This document shows positions 28,650 to 35,638 of a DNA stretch of 64,000 bases, piece after piece (the first letter of the stretch is position 1; every line of letters begins with the position of its first letter). Source of the DNA: an uncultured virus (IMG/VR IMGVR_UViG_3300043469_000509) (Duplodnaviria; Heunggongvirae; Uroviricota; Caudoviricetes; Crassvirales). The DNA is taken from IMG/VR virus record IMGVR_UViG_3300043469_000509, one strand, 5' to 3'. Position numbers and translations under genes: made by a program. The notes beneath the pieces were generated by a model, which ran no database searches, had not been told where the DNA came from, and worked only from the letters and a program-made list of their open reading frames with translations.

Positions 28650-29190
28650 TTTTATCATTCTTGTTAGGTTTCTTACAGCCTCTACACCCTTTCGAAGGTA
28701 GCTAAGTGGATTTAATGTATTATTCCAAGGTTCACTCTAATGATTTGTCTGGTTTAATGTAAGTCTTACATCAATTGTTGCCTATAACCAGATAAAATAG
28801 GGCTTTTTGTAATTTTGTGTTTTCATAAAGCAGTCTTAATTTATTACACGCAAGCTACTAGCGTGAGCAATAAGAACCTTCTAGTAAAGAATACAGTTGT
28901 CTAATCTGTCATATTACCCGTTAGTGATAACTAGAATTTAATTTTACACCTAAAACTTTACTGTCATACAAGTTCCCAAATTTTTTTCAGTTTGGTCTGT
29001 ATTGTATTAATGCCATTAGTCAGTAAAGAATTAGGCGCTTAATAATTAAAATTGAGCATTGCAACCTTCGGATTAGCTAATGGGTTTCAGTGCATTATAC
29101 TACATATTGACCCTCTTATAGGTTGTTATCAGTGTAGTCAAGTCTTGCTCAAATTTAATAATAAACTCCCAACTGTTAAGTCAGGAGTTT
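28650..29190 (-). ncRNA. candidate structured non-coding region (series of hairpins)
   Basis: About 590 bp without an ORF of 60 aa or more. Stems include AAACTCCTGAC/GTTGGGAGTTT, GCGCCTAA..CTTTACTG/CAGTAAAG..TTAGGTGT, TTATTGC..CACGC/GCGTGTAATAA and TCTGGTT/AACCAGA. G-U pairs mostly favour the minus strand. Confidence 0.5.
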
Positions 29191-29195
29191 AAGGT

Positions 29196-29624
29196 TTACA
29201 AAGAGAAGTGTGAAGCACTAATCCATTTTGTTGTTCTATCAAATTCTCCTTTTCTATTAGGAACTTGATATTCAACAAGAACTTCTTCATCTCTATACTG
29301 ATTAGTTTCTAATACAGTAACTTCATTAACATTACCATGGCAAGAATTATTGTCTTCAATTGATTTAGGAGTCCAATAACCATAAACACTAAAAGGTTTA
29401 ACTTTATAAGTTTCACCAGCATTAACATTTATTTCTTTTTGAAAACCATTCATTGCAGACACAATTTTACCTAGCATTGTTTTATCATGAGACATACTTC
29501 TACCAATAATTTGTTCTACAACAGTATCAGCATTAGCTGAATCTTCTTTAAACATAGAACGTAATTGTGAGGCAACAGCATCAACTTCAATTGTAATTTG
29601 GATTTGTTCGTTAAATTTCTTCAT
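29196..29624 (-). CDS. hypothetical early protein
   Basis: 142 aa ORF preceded by ACAAATTCCTA. Confidence 0.7.
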   Translation of the reverse strand: MKKFNEQIQITIEVDAVASQLRSMFKEDSANADTVVEQIIGRSMSHDKTMLGKIVSAMNGFQKEINVNAGETYKVKPFSVYGYWTPKSIEDNNSCHGNVNEVTVLETNQYRDEEVLVEYQVPNRKGEFDRTTKWISASHFSL

Positions 29625-29639
29625 TAGGAATTTGTATTG

Positions 29640-29968
29640 TGCTTTTACTAAACTATCTTATGATAGAACCTAGAAGCAATTGGTTTATTGAGGACTTGCA
29701 ATCTTTGGCAGATTACTTTCTAGCTTGAATTTGGGCTAGACTTACGCAGTTAGATAAGAAACTGTATTCACACACTTTACCAGATGTGTTAAAAGAAACT
29801 TGCAGTTCCTACAGTTAATCGAATTCTATATCATAGATATATTATTCCATAGTTCAGTATTCCACTACTGAGCAAGTACCAATGGGATGGAATTTGTATC
29901 CATTGAGATAATAGTTTTAAACAAGCTTTTTAGCTTTAAACTACAACTAGTTCTCACACTAATTGTTA
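29640..29968 (-). ncRNA. candidate hairpin-array leader RNA downstream of the ribozyme
   Basis: About eight consecutive hairpins, e.g. ACAATTAGT/ACTAGTTGT, TCAGTA/TACTGA, TCTAGC/GCTAGA, CTATC/GATAG. Confidence 0.5.
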
Positions 29969-29972
29969 AAGT

Positions 29973-30125
29973 TCCTGATTTTTAAGTCTGCACTAACTCA
30001 AGATTACACTCTTCTAAAGTGTTAGATATTATGCTTATTCCAATTAGGATTAGAGATTAGAAGTCTCTGCATAAAATCTTGTAGTAGCCCCACAGGATTA
30101 TCAAGGTTTATCAACCTTAAAGAAA
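29973..30125 (-). ncRNA. hatchet self-cleaving ribozyme
   Basis: P1 UUAAGGUU/AACCUUGA, linker UAA, P2 UCCUG/CAGGA, conserved UGGGGCU, P4 CAAGAUU/AAUCUUG, conserved UAGUGCAGAC and UUAAAAAU. Order and spacing match the hatchet consensus as I recall it (UGGGGCU...UAGUGCAGACGUUAAAAC). Confidence 0.85.
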
Positions 30126-30177
30126 CATAGTAGGACAGAGCTCACGAAGAGATGTCCTTTAAACTATGCACAACATT

Positions 30178-30390
30178 TTAGAATATGCTAGGAATAGCAA
30201 TCCATTGTAAAGTATTCTGTCTATATTGTTTATCAACAATAACATATTGTATTGTATCACCTCTTAATAACTTGTTAAAGTTTTTAGTAGTAATAAAATA
30301 CGTTTCGTGTTTGTTGTTAAAAGAGAAACATACAGAAGCTTTGTTAATACTAATCAATTTGATTTGAGTGATAGATAATGTGTTAAGCAT
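30178..30390 (-). CDS. hypothetical early protein
   Basis: 70 aa ORF preceded by ACAAATTCCT. Confidence 0.55.
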   Translation of the reverse strand: MLNTLSITQIKLISINKASVCFSFNNKHETYFITTKNFNKLLRGDTIQYVIVDKQYRQNTLQWIAIPSIF

Positions 30391-30477
30391 AGGAATTTGT
30401 ATTTGTTTGTTTATAAATTGTTAATAATAAGCTATTTAATTAGATGAGAACAAAAAAGGAGACACTTGTAGATAGAC

Positions 30478-30499
30478 AAAAAGGGGTGGTGAGCCCCTT
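30478..30499 (-). terminator. putative intrinsic terminator
   Basis: AAGGGG-CTCACCA-CCCCTT plus T run on the minus strand, just after the stop of 30504..30797. Confidence 0.6.
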
Positions 30500-30503
30500 A
30501 TTA

Positions 30504-30797
30504 CTACCTAACAGTTGCAATTTCCCACTTGCCTGTAGGGTTTTCAGCTGTTATTAAGGTTGCTTTAGCCCCTGATATGATAAGTATCAGTCCTTGTAAT
30601 GCCGCAGGATTTGCACCTTGCCCTAAATAAATGCGAGTATTTGGTAACTGAAAGTACCAACGCTTTTTATCATCTTGTATCATAGCCCCTAGTAAAGGCA
30701 ATGCAATACTACCAAAAAGCTCTTCTTTAATGTTACTAACAATACCCCTAGTTTGTAATGCTTGCTGTAATTGTTCTAATGTTGCAAAATTTGTCAT
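30504..30797 (-). CDS. first gene of the leftward arm, hypothetical
   Basis: 97 aa ORF followed by a terminator. Confidence 0.6.
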   Translation of the reverse strand: MTNFATLEQLQQALQTRGIVSNIKEELFGSIALPLLGAMIQDDKKRWYFQLPNTRIYLGQGANPAALQGLILIISGAKATLITAENPTGKWEIATVR

Positions 30798-30968
30798 TGT
30801 AATTTAGTTTAATATTATATAGCCTACTCTTTAGTGCGGGGTAGGTTTGCCGCAATATATCAGGTGGGTGTGCTTAGCTAGAGGAGCTACTCGTTCACAT
30901 ACCCTCACTAAATTTTTCTAAAAAATTTTAAAAATTTTATTTTTTTATATGATTTAACATTATTTGGC

Positions 30969-30996
30969 TTGACAAGTATAATTTAATTGTTATATT
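30969..30996 (+). promoter_or_regulatory. putative rightward promoter
   Basis: TTGACA-N16-TATATT with an AT-rich upstream tract, placed just before the structured region at 31004. Confidence 0.45.
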
Positions 30997-31003
30997 GTAT
31001 ATC

Positions 31004-31312
31004 GTAACACAGCCAGTAAGATGACAGCTTACGAGTTAGTATCGGGGAATACTCTTAAAGAGTAGGAACCTAGAAGTTGGGTAGTAAGAGTAGACAATTG
31101 ATAATCAATTAGTTGAAATGAGGTTTCTCCAATAGTTACACAATAGTTAATTTAAAGTAAGGTGTGTTACTCAAGGGTAAAAAATAACAAGATCTTGGAT
31201 TTATTCAAGGCTCCCTAATGGTCATGATTGAGTAAGTAGGCTAAAAACGGACACCTGAAATAAAATTTTAACTAGAATATAGCGAAGTGATTTAGTTCAC
31301 TAGGGGATTCTA
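31004..31312 (+). ncRNA. candidate ~310-nt structured RNA or leader at the start of the rightward arm
   Basis: GTAAC/GTTAC and TATCGGGGAA/TTCTCCAATA close a multibranch domain with TACTCT/AGAGTA and GTAAG/CTTAC hairpins. A second domain is closed by TAGTTAA/TTAACTA and GGTGT/ACACC. No ORF. Confidence 0.5.
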
Positions 31313-31366
31313 TTCTCTAATATGAACAAAAGCTATATTAAATAGAAAGAATTAAACAATTTAGGG

Positions 31367-31750
31367 ATGATAGAGATAAAGATTGATAATTCTAAATCTA
31401 AGGTTATAGAGCAATACTATACTTTAGTTAACCCTTTACTAGGGAAAAATAAACTAGGCCCAGTACAATTGAAGGTACTCGCAAAGATGGCTCTAGTATA
31501 CAATAATTACATACATCTTGGAGAAGACGTAGCTAATATGCTACTGTTTAGGAAGGAAGCAAGTGCTCAAATTAGAGATGCTGTATCTAAGGATCTAGGT
31601 ACAAGCTTTAATTCTGGTGCTTACTCTCATATCTTATTTGGTTTAAGGGGAAGAGGTTTTATTACTAAGACTAAGATTCTTTACCTTCCTCCTATTAAGG
31701 ATAAGAAGATTGAGATTAATATTAGACTTACTATTGTAGAAGATGAGTAA
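31367..31750 (+). CDS. hypothetical protein, possibly winged-helix
   Basis: 127 aa ORF, first of the rightward arm. Confidence 0.6.
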   Translation: MIEIKIDNSKSKVIEQYYTLVNPLLGKNKLGPVQLKVLAKMALVYNNYIHLGEDVANMLLFRKEASAQIRDAVSKDLGTSFNSGAYSHILFGLRGRGFITKTKILYLPPIKDKKIEINIRLTIVEDE

Positions 31751-32000
31751 TAGCAAGTTTATAGATCCAATACTTAGAGAGGTAGCTAAGGAACAAGATT
31801 TACCTCTTTATGTAATACAAGAAATATATGAATCTCCTTTTAAGTTTATGAGGGAAGATACTAAGATAGTCGGTAATTGGAAGACTTATCTTATTCAAGG
31901 GTTAGGTAAGTTTAGACCTGTTGTACCCATACTAAGAAAGATTAAGAACGGGGAAGAAATTAATAACTTTGTTAAAAAGAGTAAAGATGAATCAAAATAA
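31743..32000 (+). CDS. HU/IHF-like DNA-binding protein
   Basis: I..EVAKE..L...I.EIY..F...IQGLGKF pattern. Confidence 0.6.
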   Translation: MSNSKFIDPILREVAKEQDLPLYVIQEIYESPFKFMREDTKIVGNWKTYLIQGLGKFRPVVPILRKIKNGEEINNFVKKSKDESK

Positions 32001-32430
32001 ATCTAAGAGTGTTGAGGTTATAGAACTTGATGGTAGAACAGAAATATCTGTTTACCCTAGATTCTTAAAAGGAGAGAAGCCTACTAAGTATACTCCAAGT
32101 ATAATAATCCTAGAAGGAGATAGAATGACTATTAAATTAGATTTAGATCTAAATATAAAGATAGATGAGGAAGATGATACTTTAGGTATTAACCTTTCAA
32201 GTGAAAAGAATTTCTCTTTAAATGGTATCTGGCATACTAAGAAACAATACATAGCTTCCTTATCAAGTAAGGTAGATAAGTTTGTAGATGATGATGATGA
32301 GGATAAGTTTGAGTTTGAGTATATAGTTACAATAGCAGGTATTAGTGACAATTGGGGTATTAGAACTAAAGATGAGAAAGCTCAAGAAGAGTTACTAGAT
32401 ATTTTAACTAAGTGGTTTTACAATGAGTAG
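31969..32430 (+). CDS. hypothetical protein
   Basis: ORF; likely start MNQNK. Confidence 0.55.
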   Translation: MLKRVKMNQNKSKSVEVIELDGRTEISVYPRFLKGEKPTKYTPSIIILEGDRMTIKLDLDLNIKIDEEDDTLGINLSSEKNFSLNGIWHTKKQYIASLSSKVDKFVDDDDEDKFEFEYIVTIAGISDNWGIRTKDEKAQEELLDILTKWFYNE

Positions 32431-32743
32431 TACTTATACTGAGATTGTTAATGGTTGGAGGAATGTTGTCTTCCCTAATAAGAAGGTAGAATATATTGCT
32501 AAAGCAAGAGCTTTAATATGTGCTGAGTGTCCTTTAAATGTATTAGGGATATGTAGCCCATTAAAGAAGGGTAAGGTTGTTAGAGACTTTGTATATAAGA
32601 GTAAGGTAAGAAAAGAGGGAGAGGAATATGCTGGATGTGGCTGTCCCCTTGAAGCTAAGACTAGAAGCTTAGAAAGTAAGTGTCCTCTAGGTAAGTTCCT
32701 AGAAGCTACTCCAGAAGAAATTGAAGAAAGTAAAAACAAATAA
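32423..32743 (+). CDS. Cys-rich (zinc-binding-like) protein
   Basis: R..ICAECP...C...GCGCPL.AKTR....CPLGKF. Confidence 0.65.
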   Translation: MSSTYTEIVNGWRNVVFPNKKVEYIAKARALICAECPLNVLGICSPLKKGKVVRDFVYKSKVRKEGEEYAGCGCPLEAKTRSLESKCPLGKFLEATPEEIEESKNK

Positions 32744-32752
32744 ATAAATTAT

Positions 32753-33094
32753 ATGACTAACGAGCAAGGGTTAAACGGGATTAAATTATTCAACAGACAA
32801 TTAATTGTAGAAGTACCTCAAACAACAGTAAGCGGTATTATCTTATCAGGAGGATCAGTAACAGTAGATAACAAACCTTTAAAGGTTGTAGCTGTTGCAG
32901 ATGACGTAACTAAGTTTAAAGTAGGTGACTATGTATTAGGAGCTGGGGCTATTATGCCTCTAACAGTAACTGATATGGATGGTAAGATTAATGAGTATAT
33001 CTTAATCTATGAGTCTAGTGTTTATGTAGTAGTAGATAAGGAAGTAGTTAAAGATGCTTACTTTGGTACAATTAATAAGGGTCATAACGATTAA
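32753..33094 (+). CDS. groES: GroES-like co-chaperonin
   Basis: LFNRQLIVE, mobile loop TTVSGIIL, VVAVAD....KVGDYVL, EYILIYESSV. Confidence 0.75.
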   Translation: MTNEQGLNGIKLFNRQLIVEVPQTTVSGIILSGGSVTVDNKPLKVVAVADDVTKFKVGDYVLGAGAIMPLTVTDMDGKINEYILIYESSVYVVVDKEVVKDAYFGTINKGHND

Positions 33095-33615
33095 TGAAGG
33101 TATTCCAACAAAAGGATAATAATGTAATTGTTTCTCCAGAGATACTAACTATACCAGAGTTTAGTGCTATTTGGAAAGCTGATAAAACTAAAGATAAAGT
33201 AGAGGCCTATAAAGCCTTTACTTTTATCTACCATTTTGTAGATTATAATTCTCCTTACTCTAGTTACCCTAGGGATAAGAAAGAAGCTACTATTAAGCAA
33301 GATATGTTAGGTGATGCTAAGTTTAAAGTATCCCAACCTATCTCAGATGCTTTAACTAAGTATAAAGAGTTACAAGAAACTCCTCTACAAAGGTTGTTAC
33401 AAGCTGCTAGAAATAAGATAGATGATATTGCAAGCTACTTAGAAAATACTAGCGTAGATGATGAGTCTATCAAGTTAATTCTAGAAGTATATAAGAATAT
33501 ATCAACTGCTGTTGGTAACTTTGATAAGTTACAACAAGCTGTAGAGAAAGAGACTGAGAAACAAACTTCTAGGAATAGGGGTGATATTAATGTTAATAGT
33601 AAGTATAACGAGTAA
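33094..33615 (+). CDS. putative terminase small subunit
   Basis: Helical 173 aa protein coupled directly to TerL. Confidence 0.45.
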   Translation: MKVFQQKDNNVIVSPEILTIPEFSAIWKADKTKDKVEAYKAFTFIYHFVDYNSPYSSYPRDKKEATIKQDMLGDAKFKVSQPISDALTKYKELQETPLQRLLQAARNKIDDIASYLENTSVDDESIKLILEVYKNISTAVGNFDKLQQAVEKETEKQTSRNRGDINVNSKYNE

Positions 33616-35573
33616 TGATGCTAATAGGAACTAATCAATTTTTAGAAACTAGAGAGCACTTTGAAAAGACAGGTAGCTATACTAAAGCTTTAGTAGGGAC
33701 TTACCAATATGATGAGTTTTGGGATGAACAAGTAAGACGTTGTATGGACGGGTATTCTGTAGGTAATCTATGGATACCTGGTACATACTATTTTTATTTA
33801 AACTTCTTCCCTATCCTAGGTAAAGATAATATTACTGGTAGAAAGAAAAAGATATTCCCTAGATTTACTGATGTGGATTTAGAATATTTTTTAATACTAG
33901 ACAGAGCTAGAAAAGAGAAGAAGGGAGTTATTATGACTAAGCCTCGTAGAACTGGATTCTCTTATAAGAATGCTGGTGTAGTAGTACATGAATATAACTT
34001 CTATAGAGATGCTAAGTGTGTTATTGGGGCTTATGAAAAGAAGTTATCTGAGAACACAATGAATATGTCTTTAGAAGGATTAAACTTTCTAAATAAGAAT
34101 ACTGTATGGGCTAAGCCACGTAATCCTGATACAAGGGAGCATGTTATGGCTAGACATCAGAAAGTAGTAGAAGGGGTTCCTCAATGGGTAGGATATAACT
34201 CAGAAATTAAAAGATTAACCTTCCAAGATAATGCCTTTGCTTCAATTGGTCTAACAGCCAATATATTCCTATTTGAAGAAGCAGGTCTATTTGCTAATAT
34301 TAAAGAGTCTTACAATATCTCTGAACCTACATGGAAAGATGGGGATTCAATGGTAGGACTTCCAATTCTATTTGGTACTGCTGGAGATATGGACAAAGGT
34401 TCATTGCAGTTTGCTGAGATGTTCTATAATCCTGAGAAGTTTAACTTACTATCATTTGATAATATTTGGGATAAGGAGAAAGTAGGTTCTCAATGTGGAT
34501 GGTTTTTACCAGCTTCAAGACAACGCTTTGGAGATTACCCAGATCCAGATAATGATAATAAATTAACTCCTCTAGTAGATGCTGATGGTAACTCTAATGA
34601 GAAGCTAGCTCTACTTTCTATTATGAAGTTTAGAGAAACTAAGAAGGGTGATATGAAAGCATTTAGAGATGCTATTACCCAGTACCCTTTAAACACAATG
34701 GAGGCTTTCTTAGTAAAAGGTAATAATATCTTTCCTACTGAGTTAGCACAAGATAGAAAAGCTGAACTAGAAGGAAGTAAACTTATCACAGATAGTTACT
34801 GGAATGCGGACTTAAGGCAAACACAAACGGGTATAGAGTTTAAGTTATCTGATAGGTTACCTATAGTTAAGTTTCCATTACAAGCTGATGATGATAAAGA
34901 GGGTTGTGTACAAATCTTTGAACAACCTTATGCAGATAACCCTACACATGGGACTTATATAGCTGGTATTGACCCTTATGATGATGATCAATCAACTACA
35001 GACTCATTAGGTTGTATATTTATTATGCATGCATTAACAGGTAGAATAGTAGCTGAATATACAGGCAGACCTCAGACAGCTAAAGAGTTTTATGAGATAT
35101 GTAGAAAATTAATATCTTACTATAATGCAATTTGTAATTATGAGAATAATAAAAAGGGATTATTTGCTTACTTTGAGCAAAAAAATTGTTTACACTTATT
35201 ATGTAACACTCCCAAGATTCTTAGAGATCAGCAGATTATATCTGTAATACGAGAATCAGGTAATACCTCTAAAGGTACTAATGCTTCTAAAGAGGTTAAT
35301 AAGTATGCTAGGATGTTAATTAGAGAGTATATGTTAGACCAGGCTTATAATCAAGAAGTAGGCTTAACAAATACCCATACTATACCAAGTGTTCCATTAT
35401 TAAGTGAGATTATCTATTGGAATGAAGATGGTAACTTTGATAGGGTAAGTGCTTTAGGTATGCTACTTATTCTTAGACAAGATAGAATAAAAATAGTAAT
35501 AGAAGAAGACGAAGAAGAAAAAGATAGCTTTAACGAATTTTTTGATAGATACTACCGAGGAAAAGCTATATAA
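33615..35573 (+). CDS. terL: terminase large subunit
   Basis: KPRRTGFSY Walker A, FEEAG Walker B, FGTAG, GIDPYDDD nuclease motif, YENN, GNFDRVSA. Confidence 0.93.
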   Translation: MMLIGTNQFLETREHFEKTGSYTKALVGTYQYDEFWDEQVRRCMDGYSVGNLWIPGTYYFYLNFFPILGKDNITGRKKKIFPRFTDVDLEYFLILDRARKEKKGVIMTKPRRTGFSYKNAGVVVHEYNFYRDAKCVIGAYEKKLSENTMNMSLEGLNFLNKNTVWAKPRNPDTREHVMARHQKVVEGVPQWVGYNSEIKRLTFQDNAFASIGLTANIFLFEEAGLFANIKESYNISEPTWKDGDSMVGLPILFGTAGDMDKGSLQFAEMFYNPEKFNLLSFDNIWDKEKVGSQCGWFLPASRQRFGDYPDPDNDNKLTPLVDADGNSNEKLALLSIMKFRETKKGDMKAFRDAITQYPLNTMEAFLVKGNNIFPTELAQDRKAELEGSKLITDSYWNADLRQTQTGIEFKLSDRLPIVKFPLQADDDKEGCVQIFEQPYADNPTHGTYIAGIDPYDDDQSTTDSLGCIFIMHALTGRIVAEYTGRPQTAKEFYEICRKLISYYNAICNYENNKKGLFAYFEQKNCLHLLCNTPKILRDQQIISVIRESGNTSKGTNASKEVNKYARMLIREYMLDQAYNQEVGLTNTHTIPSVPLLSEIIYWNEDGNFDRVSALGMLLILRQDRIKIVIEEDEEEKDSFNEFFDRYYRGKAI

Positions 35574-35624
35574 TCACAGAATTTATTTTTAGCTAATTAT
35601 AGATTTATACGTTACTTACTATAT
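35563..35624 (+). promoter_or_regulatory. late-gene upstream motif, copy 1
   Basis: AAGCTATATAATCACAGAATTTATTTT-N27-TACTATAT before portal. Confidence 0.6.
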
Positions 35625-35638
35625 AATAGTACATACAC

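Noticed and set aside
28881..28935. Hairpin-ribozyme loop B-like sequence on the plus strand (AGAAUAC...GUCAUAUUAC)
   Set aside because: Imperfect match, with no flanking helix 3 and no loop A partner.
29052..29152. Hammerhead ribozyme (CUGAUAA...GAAAC...GUU)
   Set aside because: The core deviates from CUGANGA, and stems I and II do not pair in the required register.
30822..30908. HDV-like ribozyme on the minus strand (AGC-UCCUCUA-GCU, a hairpin, then CUAA)
   Set aside because: The required P1 and P2 pairings and the P1.1 GG could not be formed.
28602..31366. CRISPR array or DGR template repeat in the long intergenic regions
   Set aside because: No regularly spaced repeats, and no AAC-rich copy of the 23048-23163 segment was seen.
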